From NCBI RefSeq assembly GCF_036321535.1, contig NC_087472.1:92134001-92198000 (forward strand): DNA of 64,000 nt, written 5' to 3'. The stretch's first letter is position 1. Each line of letters begins with the position of its first letter. The notes beneath the pieces were generated by a model that searched no databases, was not told the DNA's origin, and saw nothing but the letters and a program-made list of their open reading frames with translations. Both the position numbers and the translations under genes were made by a program. Shown piece by piece: positions 1 to 12,759 of this stretch. Source of the DNA: Camelus dromedarius (lineage: Eukaryota).

Positions 1-70
1 GAGGACTTCTGAAAGCGTGTGTGGGAGAGGGGAGGTGAGGAGTGGAGCTAGCGGCCTGGGGTGAGGTATA
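1..70 (+). promoter_or_regulatory. G-rich edge, possibly the end of a promoter/first exon lying left of the window
   Basis: One of very few G-rich, CpG-containing unique stretches; donor-like GAG|gtgagg at 34/35 and GGG|gtgagg at 60/61, followed by an abrupt shift to AT-rich DNA. Confidence 0.25.
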
Positions 71-1149
71 GTAGTACACAGACCACTGTCAAGAATTGCT
101 TTTACTTCCACCTAGAGTCTGATAACAGTACTTTTCCCTTTTCCCCTTTTTTTCATAACATCTATTTGTTCACTCATTTATGCAAAGTGCATGAAGTATC
201 TGCAGTATAAAAAATACTATTGAAAATACAAACATGTCAAAGATATATGCCCTCAAGGAATATAAAATCTTAAACAACATCCAATAAAAAAGAGAAAATA
301 AAATGAATCTCATTCAGTTTTCTTAAATTTAAGAGCCTAAATTAAATGCATAACTTTGGTTGGCCTGAACTACTGTCTAATAACCTTTTATAATTCATAG
401 TACATTTCTACTTCACTGGTAATTTGAAGCCCTGAAATGGAAACTGAATCACTGACAAACACTTCTCATTTTTAACTAAAGCAATGCCCTAGAAGTTGAA
501 GAATTTACTGAAGTTTATTTGTAACCAACAAAGTCTTTATGAAATATAAATCAATATTAGAAACCAAAATTAAATTCAAAACCCCAGAAACTTAACCTAG
601 ACTAATGGAAGGCTTGACAACTTCAGCAGAACAACAAAGGGATTTTTTTTCTTTCATCTCAGGTATATATGAAACTAATTCTGGTAAAGAGAGTGAAAGT
701 ATTGATTTTCACTTGTTTGGTAAGACCTAATATAATCTCTGACCTTCTAGAAAGACTCACTACTTTACAGTCAAGGCAACAGTGACAACAGTGATAGCAT
801 GTTGAAAAAAAATGAACAGTTCCAAAAGAATTATCATGTGGTACTAAGAAGCTAAATGTCTTGATAATTGTTAAGGATCATAGAGGACCAATAAAACTTT
901 GAAAAACGTGGATGATTATAACAAACTGTCCCAGGGGTTCCTTAAAATCTGAATTAACCTAAAAGACCTCCCCTTCCAGTCTATTGCCACCTCTGAAACT
1001 CCTAGTTACTTGCTACATTGATGGTCTTCTGAAGAAATGAACATTTAAATTGCAGTAAGGCACTATGCAGAATGAGAGGAATAAACCATTCGAATTATAC
1101 AGTCATAGAAAGCTGGAATTAGAGAATAATCTAAAGAGTGGCTTGTCCA

Positions 1150-1302
1150 GCTGTGTGCCCACATATCATGGGTAGAAGGAGTTAAAAATGCAGATAACAG
1201 GGCCCCACCCCAAAGATTCTGATTTAATTGTTCTAGGGTAGGACATGAGAATCTGTACTTCAGGTGCTGTTGAGGGTTAAGTCCACACTTGGAGAAACCC
1301 TT
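1150..1302. mobile_element. MER5-type hAT-Charlie DNA transposon remnant
   Basis: ttaaaaatgcagat...gggccccaccccaaagattctgatttaatt...cacacttggagaaaccct resembles MER5A motifs. Confidence 0.7.
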
Positions 1303-2701
1303 CTCTAGTCTTTCCATTTTATAAATGATGACATAAAGGATGACAATGAAGTTGCATATTTGGAGAGTAGAGAAATATCACTGTAATGCCTTTCAGGGGT
1401 TCTTCTTAAATTCAAATGTTCAGACTCTTAACACTATGATAGCCACACTTGCCATGAGTCTACTCAGAAGATACAGGTCAGATGATAGAGGTCCTCTCCA
1501 TAAGAGTCCTTGCAGCAGTTCATGTAGGTGAAAGTTCATATAGCCCTCTGGGAATGATCCTCTCCCAGATTACATAGTTCAGGTTCAAGGAAACAGTTCT
1601 ACATCAGGCAGTTAGATAACTTCCCTAGATTAGAAGTCTCACTCCTCACAGATGCTGCTGTTGGGATCAACCAACTCACATAGCTTCCAAAGTCTTCCAA
1701 AAGGCATGCCCCCTATCAAAAGTCCCCACACCCAGAGAAGACCCAAACTATGAATCTCACATAAATATGGTTTTTCCAGCCTACGTGCATTTTACCCAAG
1801 AGGAGTCATTTTTACATATTAAAATCGCTGACACATATCCTCTTACCTTGTTTCTAAGATAGCAGTAAAGCTACGAGGTTAGCCATAAGTCAATTTCTCT
1901 TACAACATGGTTTTGTTAACACTTACACCACAGTCATAAACATAATTCCCCAAATGATATTTTTACCTACCTAAATGGCTATTGCTGATATCATCTCACT
2001 TTTACAGAGAAATGCCAAGGATAGGAGGATGATGAAGTACAAAAAAACACTTTTTAAAAACCAGACAACTCTTTCGTAAAACTCAATACAAGTCCTAGAG
2101 AGTGCCTCAGGATATTTGCCTCACCTTTCCCTCATCTTGACAAACAGAAGTCTCATTTCATAAGGAAAAAACAAGTTTTTAAGAAACAGATCAGTGTAAC
2201 ACACCCAGTAAGGACCAATGCCTTATCTGTACATTTATTGGAGTTGGGGAAAAACAGGAACAAAGGCAGCTTGATCATTGTTCATTTTTTGTCACTAACT
2301 GTGAACTTGGGCAAGTCAATTGTATTTCCTAGTTTCCTTTTCAAATTATCCCCCAATTCAAGTTTCTATTACCTTTCTGTTTTGTTTTAGTTTGATTTTT
2401 TAATGTGTCAATTTAAAGCAACTAAAGATAACACATTTATATATGCATGCAACTGGACTGTATCATCATTTGATAAAAATTTATAGACCAGTAAAATACT
2501 TAAGTGGTAGTAGTAGTCTCTAAACACTCATGAAAAATGTTTCAAGTAGTTCTCATTTTCTAAAAAGAGTCAAATAATAATAAGCAAGAGCCTTTAAGAT
2601 TCTTCTGAAGTGGAAATGTGCATGCAAATATCTAAGGGGTGATTAAGCATGCAGCATTCCCTAAACTTGTCTGACCAGGGAACCTTGACTGGAACATTTA
2701 C

Positions 2702-2886
2702 TTGGTATACAATGTGGAAAATACTAGAATAGGTATTTTCATGCAGTGCCACTGAACAGTGAGTACTTCTGGAAAAGGGTATTTTTCAATTTTATTGTGT
2801 GAATTTGTCAAGAATTTCATAACTTTAAAAAATGTGAGCAATTTTTGTACAACACATTCTCCTATAGTGAACTTCAAGATAAAGAA
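2702..2886 (-). pseudogene. candidate exon (185 nt) of a decayed minus-strand gene
   Basis: Acceptor ttgccctggtcattacag| and donor CAA|gtaaat. Frame 0 is open throughout (FFILKFTIGECVVQ...VFSTLYT); the phase-1 frame has 3 stops. No homolog recognised. Confidence 0.2.
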
Positions 2887-5365
2887 CTGTAATGACCAGG
2901 GCAATATATATATATATATGACTTTTAAGAGTATCTAATACAAACTATGTGAAACACTGTTGACTTTAACTCCCAATATGTAATGCTTTATTTCCTATAA
3001 CAGGAATATTTTTACTTCCAATAAATAATGGTGACCTGCTACACATCTGAGTTGCATGACTATATACTTTAATTGTCATTCATGAGTATAGGGACTATAA
3101 GAAATTACAAATGTATTGAAATGAAAAGCTACATATTGGACAAAAAGTAAAATCCCCTGGCCACATATCAATTTAAGAATAAAAACAAAATCATAGACAA
3201 CAAAAACAAAACCAGAAATCTTTGTCATAATAAAATTCTTAACCCTGTTATATCATGATGTGAACTGAAAATATTTAAGATTGAAGAAAATAATTACCAT
3301 CAAGAATTTTTTGACTACTTATAAGATAAAAGAAACTGAGAGGGGACTTAAAGTGTCTTGAAAGATTTTATAGTGAAGAACAGTATTTGGCATATAGTTG
3401 CTCAATAATTATTCAGTGAATAAACTGATGAAGAAAAAACAGCATCATCAAATTCTAAGATGTCCAGGGGCTCTTAATTCTGAGACGAGTATTACAGGGT
3501 ATAGTGGCATCACAGGAAGAAGGGACATAAATGCTATGATTATTTGGCACTGAAAGACTCATTCTTTCGTCCTTTCTCTTTCTCTCACCCTCTCCCAGAA
3601 TCTCAGCATGCCACAAAACAACTATTGAAGTGCAGCTGGGAAAGTTCTACAATGCAGTGATAACTATGTCTCTTTGTATATTATATACTTTATACAGGGG
3701 AGGGGAAATAGATAAGAGAATATAATAGAGGAGACAATATATATAGATTATGGAAATGAGATTAGAAAGGCAGCTATTCTTCTGAATAAGGAAAACTGCA
3801 ATCTAACTCGAAATAAACTGCTCTATTTTCCTTGATATCAAATGGTCTCTGGTCTCTTGACAGAGTTAACCAATAAACAGTAACTACTAGGAACTAATCT
3901 TATTCTGATGCATTCTAGGCTTAGTAAGAGGACATTAGGGTTAAGCTTCAATACAGTTCGAGGATACTTGTCTTAAGGTGCAGGCTTTAAATTCTAATTT
4001 TGGAATAGTTAGAGACTTTGAATAAGCATTGCAATGTGAAAACACACTCAAGGGTAACTGCTTAGACAAATGATTTTACAGGTATCTTTTGGATGAAAGA
4101 CAAGATATACAATCTTTTTCATATATTTTCTCTTGCTTTCATTTATACAAGTACAATAAAGCAATTCAAGTATAAGATTAGAAGCTCTTATCACAACTGT
4201 TTGTGGGCAAGTGATTCAGTGCAACATAGTACTCAATGTCATTTGTCAGGGGAGGCTTAAGTGGGTCAGGAATGGAATCCCTTCCTGGTACTCTGGGATA
4301 CTTATCTAACTGTTTTGTTCAAGGTTCTGATTATAGGCAGACTTAGTATGAAAGCAGTCTAGTATTTAGTAAATAAAGCATAAATTTTAGACGTTTTCAT
4401 ACTTGTTAATGTCCTCTTTGTAACTGAGAGCTAGAACTAAGGCTACACCTCAGGCTACAATAAAAGTCTTAACAACTATTTCCAAATTCCCAACACACCC
4501 TTACTTTTATGTGTGGGCAAAAAAATATCAGGGTAAACTCACAAGTGAAATAAGTAATAGCATAGTGAAAGTCAAACTGCTGAGCTTTTCACCTTCAGAT
4601 CTTTTTCTAAAACAGTATCTAATGTCTATTATATTAAAAATTAGTTTTTCATATGCACTGGAAATATTTTTGTTTTGTTTAATTTGTTATTTCGATTAGT
4701 TACTGTTGTTTTAGAAGCAAACTTGGAATTAAGGATCATGAATATAGATGTGCATACAATACTTGGCCACTTTTTGATAACAAAAATCCATTTGATAATA
4801 AACTATCTCACTAGGTGTCTATGGAATCTTCCTAAAACATAAATCTCACAGTTCTGGATATCAGCTATACTTTTTTAGGGTCCAATCTAATTTATCTTTT
4901 ATTAATAATATATCTCTATGATGGAGCAAATAATAGCCATTCCATTGTTCTATATGACACTGACATTGCTGTGTCCTCACTAAAGCCTGAAACTGTCCTC
5001 ACACGTTTCCATACGATGGATCGTATTGAAACATTAGTTAAATGCCCTCACATATCCATGGTAATGCACATGAGTTTATCAGACTAACAGATTCTAAATT
5101 ATAAACCTGTGTTTGGTAGTGTTACTTCCAGCCCAAATCAGTAGTTTGATATTTTCCTGGGAATATGTGAATCATAATATATTTTCATTTATCTTATATT
5201 AATAAACATTTTAACATAGGTATAAGTTGTTCCAGGTAATTGTGGATTTTACCTTTAGATAATCTACTTTCTAATTATTAAATATAAAATGGAAAAATAT
5301 GGCATCTGCCATTACTTTTGCATTGTATTTATGATCATGCAAAATAACAAGAAAATCAATCATAC

Positions 5366-5505
5366 TATATCCTTCACACTGAAGTAGCAGTGTTGAGGCA
5401 ATAGGATAAAATGAGGAGAGGTAGGCTTTGGAGTTAAATGGTATTTTTTCCCATTTTGAATTTATACGAACATGCTCAAAATGTAAGGGATTTACTGTTT
5501 TCAAC
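5366..5505 (-). pseudogene. candidate exon (140 nt)
   Basis: Acceptor gactcattttcag|, weak donor ATA|gtatga, open phase-2 frame LKTVNPLHFEHVRINSKWEKIPFNSKAYLSSFYPIASTLLLQCEGY. Confidence 0.15.
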
Positions 5506-6306
5506 CTGAAAATGAGTCTTGATGTCAGTACACTCCAGGTGTATCATGGCCTAGCCATGTGGCCTTGGGCAAGTTCCTCAGACTCTCTGACATTGGAGTC
5601 ATGATGATATTAAGGGGTACATGAAGAAAGCAGGCTACAGATAAGAGAATACCATCTCACTTACATTTTTTTCAAACTCAAGCCAGAACATTTGTATTGT
5701 TATATCATATATCACATTAATGGATCCATCCTAAAGTTTGTAATGATAAAGCTTCAATGGTTGGGATCATCTAAGTAGAAAATATAAGGCATTTAACTGT
5801 TAGAATGTGGAGGAATAAGTCATATTTCTGTATTATCCAGTAAACAATTTTTTTCAGTTTTGATGAAGAAGGGAGGCCAAAATTTCATTAGAAGAGATTT
5901 AAAGTGGCTGTCAAGGCTCAGTGACAAAAAAATCTATGGTGGATAGTTTTTCAAAGTCATTTGCCATTGTCTCCATGGACATTCCCAAGGACTACTACAT
6001 CTCTTTTTTAACCAAGTGATACAAGGCTGAATAAATATTCTATTTAAGACCCTCCTGACTCTCTATTCTTTTTCTTTTTCTGTAAGAATGCAATCTTCTT
6101 CCTTCTGAAGGGCCAGAAAACTGTTGGTCTCTATTACACTGTATTTAATGGCAAAGTCTATTCTTCTATTTTCAAATCTATGAAATCATCCCAGTTGAAA
6201 ATAATAACTAGGTCTAGTCTTGAATGCTATTTGTCTTAATAGCTCCTTCCATATTATATATAATCCATGGTTCAAAATAATTATGCCCCATTTAGAGTTC
6301 ATTTAA

Positions 6307-6449
6307 GGGGGAGGTTTTAGCTCAAGTGGTAGAATGCATCCTTAGTATGCACAAGGTCCTGGGTTCAATCCCCAGTACCTCCTCTAAAAATAAACAAACC
6401 TAATTACCTACTCCCCTGCAAAATGAAGTAAATAAAACAAAATTTAAAT
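6307..6449 (+). mobile_element. camelid tRNA-derived SINE (Vic-1-like)
   Basis: A box tagctcaagtggtaga, B box ggttcaatccc, tail taaacaaacctaattacc, A-rich end; agttcatt repeated at 6296-6303 and 6450-6457. Confidence 0.9.
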
Positions 6450-6874
6450 AGTTCATTGGATAACTGTAAATAATTTAGTTTGAAACAACATGGAAGATTT
6501 ACCCAGAAAATCATCATTTTAATGCTGATGAAATAAGTATAAATTATCTTATATTTATATAGAACTATAAAGATTTCTAAAGAACATAAAGTTCATTATT
6601 TATTCTGAAAAAGTTCCTGTGTACACAATTGGTATACTTATAATCCTTGGTTCATAACATTTTAATATCAATGATCCATGTGTGGCTCTATTTTATTTGG
6701 TTTCATTATACTTACATTCATCTGAATTCACTGTATATTAGATTAATAAGATTATTATTAATTATTCTTGATCTTTAAAATAAGTTTAACAGGTCAGAAG
6801 GAAAAGATAATTATTATTAGTTCAACATACAATCACTGAGTGCTTATTATACACCATGCACTATAATACATTTC

Positions 6875-7189
6875 CTTTGGTAATCTGAAACAGATTTCAC
6901 TGGAATTAGGGGTGATTCCATTCTGCTTCCATATGTACTCATACAAAAATAATAACAACTCTCAATGTAGCCAGTTGCTGGTTCTATGCAGTACTTTTTC
7001 GTCACAAGTCCCTTTGAAAGAAAATCTTGGTAAACTGTGCACAATTACACCATCAGTGTACTTACTAAACATCAAGCTCTTCTTTTTGGTAATAAAAGTG
7101 AAGTTACATGTTATTTTTACACTGTTTTCTATGTCAGCCTGCATTAGGATCAAAGAGTGCCGATTACTGTGTACTGCCATGAACTGCAT
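6875..7189 (-). pseudogene. decayed immunoglobulin-like domain exon candidate (one frameshift)
   Basis: Two overlapping ORFs join into ENSVKITCNFT...MFSKYTDG...YCIEPATGYIESCYYFCMSTYGSRMESPLIPVKSV; Cys codons at 7108-7106 and 6945-6943 are about 54 codons apart. Confidence 0.35.
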
Positions 7190-7419
7190 CAGTGAACTAT
7201 TTGACTTATTCTGAACTTTTTATAGTTTTATCAAGGATAAACTTTTAGGAGAAGAATATAAGGTTCTTCTTACCTCATTTGTTTTCTGAAGAAAAAATAC
7301 TGAAATTTGATTGACTCTTAAGCTAAAGTTTTATCTTTTCTGAGAGAAGAGGAAAGAAAAAATGCATTGTTATTTGAATCCATTCTGGACCATTGGTTTC
7401 ACTTTACGTCTTGCTTTTG

Positions 7420-9030
7420 AAGCCTCCCACTCACCCGTCAGTAAATTTATGGGCAGAAAATTCTCTTAGTGCTTCAAAGTCAGAAAATATCTTTATAGTC
7501 TTAGTAATAGTTTAGCTAGGCATAGAATTTGAGGTTGACAGACCTTAACCTTAATGCTTTCGTAAAATCTCTCTATTGCTTTCTGGCATCTACCCTTGCT
7601 GGTAACAAGTTTGCTGTTGTTCTAATTGCCTTAACTTTAGCTTCTGGTAGGTCATATGCCTTTGGTTTCCGATAGCTCATAAGAGGTTCTCATTAAGCTT
7701 GATGTCTCTAGGTGTGGATTTATTTGTATTGGTCCTACTGGAAAGTCAATGTACACATTTGATCAGTGGACTCATGTACTTATCAGTTCAGGAAAATTCT
7801 CTGACATTGTCACTTCAAATATTGCTTCTTTGCCATTTTTTAAATCCATTTCCTATGAAATGAGTAACTTGAACTTCACAAGCTATGTTCCATGTTCTAA
7901 CTATCCCTTTATATGTCTATTTTGAATCTCTTTGTCTCGTGATTCTGCTTTTGGTATAAATTCCTCTGCTCCCTAATATTCATATTGGCTCTGTGCTTTC
8001 TAAAGTTAATCTGTTGAGCAATTTTTTAAATAAATGATTTCTTTTTGGTAAAAATATCCTAAAATATTTATAAATTTGAAAAGCACATAAAAGAAATAAA
8101 AATAACAAGCACCTATCTTTCCAGCTCCCAGAATTAAGCATGTTTTATGATTTAACTTACTAAAGAACATCTTTTATCCCTATGTATGTGCTTTACAAAC
8201 TACTGAAACTACTGAAAATGTGAATGTAGTTTTACTATTAAGAAAAACAGAATGATCACTCATAAAGCTCAATTTCTCTTCAATCACCACTTCCATTGCT
8301 GACCCACTCCTCCACTATACTTAGATAAATACTATTAAAATTTGGTTTATATCTTTCAAGTAATTTTTTAAACTTTTGCAAATATGAATATGTACCCATA
8401 TAAATTCTCTAGTGTTATTTTATGTTAATTATGTCATGCTATTACAATCATATTTGACTCACTAATATTTTTGATATTCTCACATGCTGAAACACATATA
8501 TAAATTTAGCACATTTTATTTAGTTTCATTATGTTTTATAGTTCATTATATGTTTTGCCATATTTTATTTATTTACTCCTCTTTTATTAGCTTTTGCCTG
8601 TTTGTTTTGGTTTCAATTTTTCTCCATTATAAACAGCAATGAAAATAAGTTATACCTTATGCATTTCTTTTTATACACGTGCATAAGTATCTCTCTAGGG
8701 GAAATGCCAAAAGGTCAAATTTGGGGGTGATCAGGTTTTAGATTTAATCAATATGTTAAGTGTAGTCATGTCATCCACTTTACAAATGTCTCACAATATT
8801 TAAAATTTTACCAATCTGATCAGTAGAACATAGTACACATATGTTGTTTCATTGGCGTTTCCTGGATTACTAATGAAGCCAAGAAAATCACTGTGTGTTT
8901 ATTGGCTTTTTGATTACCTGTTTAAGCATTTTCAATGGTTTTAATTATGATATTTCTTAAGTAGGAAATTTTTGCATATTCAGAAGAGTGATCCTTATAT
9001 ATATGTATTGTAAAAAGTTTCTCCAACAAT
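7420..9030 (-). mobile_element. ancient L1 (L1M/L1ME-like) fragments
   Basis: T-rich antisense L1 motifs (tttagctaggcatagaatt, ctctattgctttctggcatc; tttcctggattactaatgaag, tgtgtttattggc). Confidence 0.6.
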
Positions 9031-9211
9031 GAAATTTGTTTTATATATCCACTAATTTCATTCTTCTGGGTATTTTTAGGGCTTTTTATTACTTCCCTAG
9101 TAATTGCTCTTTTTGAATAACTGCTCTCTCTTAATCTCTTGGACAAGCATGAAAATAATTATTTTAGTATTTTTCCCATTATTTTCATTTCATCTGGAGT
9201 AATTTTACATC

Positions 9212-9299
9212 ATTTTTTTAATGGAGGTACTGGGGATTGAACCCAGGACCTCATGCATGCTAAGCATGAGCTCTACCACTGAGCTATAAGGCTCCCCTC
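9212..9299 (-). mobile_element. short camelid tRNA-derived SINE
   Basis: Reverse complement of the same tRNA-like head as at 6307; 14-bp TSD agtaatttta(c/t)atc at 9198-9211 and 9300-9313. Confidence 0.9.
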
Positions 9300-9469
9300 A
9301 GTAATTTTATATCTTGAATGTTGATTCATTGTCTGTTTTCTTTCCAAACTTTTAATTTGTTGTCATTTTTGATAAATTGAAATCACTATTGTTTTACGAA
9401 AGATGATCAAGTATATTTATTCAGTCATATTACAGCCATTGTTCTTTCAATAAATAAAAAGAGAGAGAT

Positions 9470-9796
9470 AGGAGTGTGTGTCGTAATTAAAAAGAGAGAA
9501 GGCGGCGTAACATAAGTATCAGGTCAGTGAAGGAGATGTAATGATGCTACGCTGCTGCTTTGAAGACAGAAGCAGGAGTCATGAGTCAAGAAATGCAGGT
9601 GGTTTCTAGAAGCTGGAAAAGGCAAGGAAACAGACTGTCTCCTGAAGTCTCCAGATGGGAGGCAGCCTTACTTACACCTTAATCCAGCCCAGTGAGATCC
9701 ATGTTAGATTTCTGATCTATCAAATTATGAGTATTTGTGTTGTTTTAAGCCACTGTTTGTGACAATTTATTACAGCAAAAATATGAAACTAATATA
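9470..9796 (+). mobile_element. MaLR solo LTR (MLT1, D-like)
   Basis: ctagaagctggaaaaggcaaggaaacaga, tttgtgttgttttaagccact and terminal gaaactaatata motifs. Confidence 0.85.
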
Positions 9797-10971
9797 CTAG
9801 TGTACTCCACTATAGCCTCTTAAGAATTCAAGCCTGCCAAGAGAAGCTCTCCTCAGCCAGTCTCCATCTTACTCACTAGTGTGCACAGTGATCCTAGTTC
9901 CACTTACATCATTCATAAAGGGCAATGTTAGTTCTATAGATCCATAGCATATATATTCTAGGACACCCCTTCCTATGTCCAGACTTTGATCTCAGCAAAC
10001 TATGTCCTTCGATATACCTGTCATATGGTGCAAATTTTGTTTCTGTCTTTTCTATTTGGTCTGGAGATGTTTACTTTAGTGGGATATGCCTTTTACCGGT
10101 TTTTATATTTCATCTATCACTGCTATTAGAACAACAGTGATGACATTTTATTGATTTTTGGGGTGAAGACAGTTTTGTAAAGTAATACTTGAGGCCATTC
10201 TACTGTTCTAAAAGCAATCAATGCATACACTTATGATTCAAGTCCTTTCCTCTCTTGGGTTTTTTGTTTCCTCCCATTACTGTTTATCCCTTTCATATAC
10301 ACAAAACCTTTAAAAGATAAGACTTTGATATTCCCCTCACTTAGATTTTGGGACAAGAAAAACACAGAGAACACACAGAAGTGGCAACATTTTGATCCAA
10401 GTACTCTACAGAGTACGAGTCTGTTTACTATGGTTGTTATTTCAGAGGGTGTGAAGATGCAGGAGTGACCATAAAATATCAAATTGGAAAGGCGGAATTT
10501 AACTCAAAAGGCTCCCATCTCTAAAGTTTGTATAAATGTAATACATCTTTAAAACTACATCCAGGTAGAAAAATTCATTTAGCAGAAAATATGCTCTCAT
10601 TTTTTTTCAGGCCAAGTATTACAGGGAAATAGCTAGGGCATGTAGAACAGAATTAGAAATCAAGTAGTTAGAATGTTAAACTATCAGTAATCTGGTACAT
10701 TGCAAATCTGAGTTAGAATAAGAACCCATGAATACCATTTTTCACCATGTATTAAATCAGGGAGCAGGGCCAGTAGGCCTTCATGTACCCCTCAAATTCA
10801 GTATCAACTTTTGATGCGTCTAAAGAGATAAATGATAATCATCAGCAATAAAATAAACCAGTCAAAAGTATATGAAATGAGCTATTTGCACTGTCAAACA
10901 TATATTACACATTCATATCTTCTTTAATTTTATAAAAAAGCACTGTTTTTAACAAGAAAAATTTAAAAACA

Positions 10972-12265
10972 TCTTTTGCAAAAGTTTTCTCCCATTTTGT
11001 AGATTGTCATTTTGTTTTGCTTATGCTTTCCTTTGCTGTGCAGAAGCTTGTAAGTTTAATTAGGTCCCATTTGTTTATTCTTGCTTTTATTTCTATTGCT
11101 TGGGTAGACTGCCCTAGGAGAACAGTTTTGAGATGTATGTGAGATGATGTTTGGCCTATATTTTCTTCTAGAAGGTTTACTGTATCTTGTCTTATGAAAC
11201 CAACATGGCTTGATCTCCAGAATATATAAGCAGCTCATACGACTTAAGAAAAAAACAAACAACTCAATCCAAAAATGGGCAGAAGACCTAAACAAGCAAT
11301 TCTCCAAGGAAGAAATACAAATGATCAAAAGGCTCATGAAAAAATGCTTAATATCACTAATTATCAGAGAAATGCAAATCAAAACTACAAGGAGGTATCA
11401 CCTCACACCAGTCAGAATGGCCATCATTCAAAAGTCCACAAATGACAAATGTTGGACAGGCTGTGGAGAAAAGGGAACCCCCCTACACTGCTGGTGGGAA
11501 TGCAGTCTGGTGCAGCCACTGTGGAAAACAGTATGGAGATTCCTCAAAACACTAGGAATAGACTTACTATATGACCCAGGAATCCTGCTCCTGGGCATAT
11601 ATTCAGAAGGAACCCTACTTCAAAAAAAACACCTGCACCTCAATGTTCACGTCAGCAGTATTTACAATAGCCAAGACATGGAAACAGCCTAAATGTCCAT
11701 CAATAGATGACTGGATAAAGAAGCTGTGGTATGTTTATACAATGGAATAGTCTTCAGCCATAAAAACTGACAACATAATGCCATTTGCAGCAAAATGGAT
11801 GTTCCTGGAGAATGTCATTCTAAGTGAAGTAAGCCAGAAAGAGAAAGAAAAATACCATATGAGATCGCTCATATGTGGAATCTAAAAAAAAAGAACATAA
11901 ATACAAAACAGAAACAGACTCATAGACATAGAATACATAATTGTGGTTGACAAGGTGGGGAGGTGGGAAGGGACAGACTGGGAGTTTGAAATTTGTAGAT
12001 ACTGACAGGCATATGTAGAATAGATAAACAAGATTATACTGTATAGCACAGGGAAATATATACAAGATCTTGTGGTAGCTCACAGTGAAAAAGAATGCAA
12101 CAATGAATATATGTAAGTTCACGTATAACTGAAAAATTGCACTGGAAATTGACACCACATTGTAAAATGACTATAACTCAAAATGTGTAAATAAAATAAA
12201 ATAAAATAAAATAAAATAAAATAAAATAAAATAAAATAAAAGAATGAAGTAGACCTCAAAAAAAT
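10972..12265 (+). mobile_element. young camelid L1, 5'-truncated with 5' inversion (10972-11196 antisense; 11194-12240 sense)
   Basis: ORF2 C-terminal peptide ([20 protein letters not shown]...HCWWEC), 3' UTR, (TAAAA)n tail, perfect 17-bp TSD agaaaaatttaaaaaca at 10955-10971 and 12266-12282. Confidence 0.95.
12190..12240 (+). repeat. (TAAAA)n microsatellite derived from the L1 tail
   Basis: About 10 tandem TAAAA units. Confidence 0.95.
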
Positions 12266-12759
12266 AGAAAAATTTAAAAACAAAAGATATTATGAATTTC
12301 ATCTTGTGGAAAGATCTTCCAATATCATAGCTAAGATATTTGTTTCTCAAGGTCCTAAACACTTGAATAATGTCACCCAAATTATAGTAGTCAACTATAA
12401 AGCAACATGTCTTCTGAAGCTACCTTTGTTGCATATCTGATTCCTAATGGCATTTAACTACTACTTATTTGTTTGAAGCTATCATCAAGAAAATATATGG
12501 ACTACATATGATTTTGACTTCACTTTCAATTCCTCTTTTTCATTTAAATTTCACATTGCACATGTGTGAATTATCTTGACGAAAATTTTACTTGAACAGG
12601 TCAAGCAAGGCACTTGCTGGACTGTAAGTTCTCCCCAAGAGAGACTCATCAAGATTGTCATAGCAACAGCCTCATTCTGAGAAGGTCCATTCTTTTATAT
12701 GTACCGTTTTAGTTGAACTTATTCTATTGTTGTTATAGTTGTTGTTCTTCCCTCATTAA

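Noticed and set aside
6307..6385. tRNA-like sequence (also 9222-9297 on the minus strand)
   Set aside because: Has A/B boxes but is followed by an A-rich tail and flanked by TSDs, so it is a tRNA-derived SINE rather than a tRNA gene
11210..11692. 160-aa ORF
   Set aside because: C-terminal fragment of L1 ORF2p with a frameshifted end, inside a 5'-truncated element
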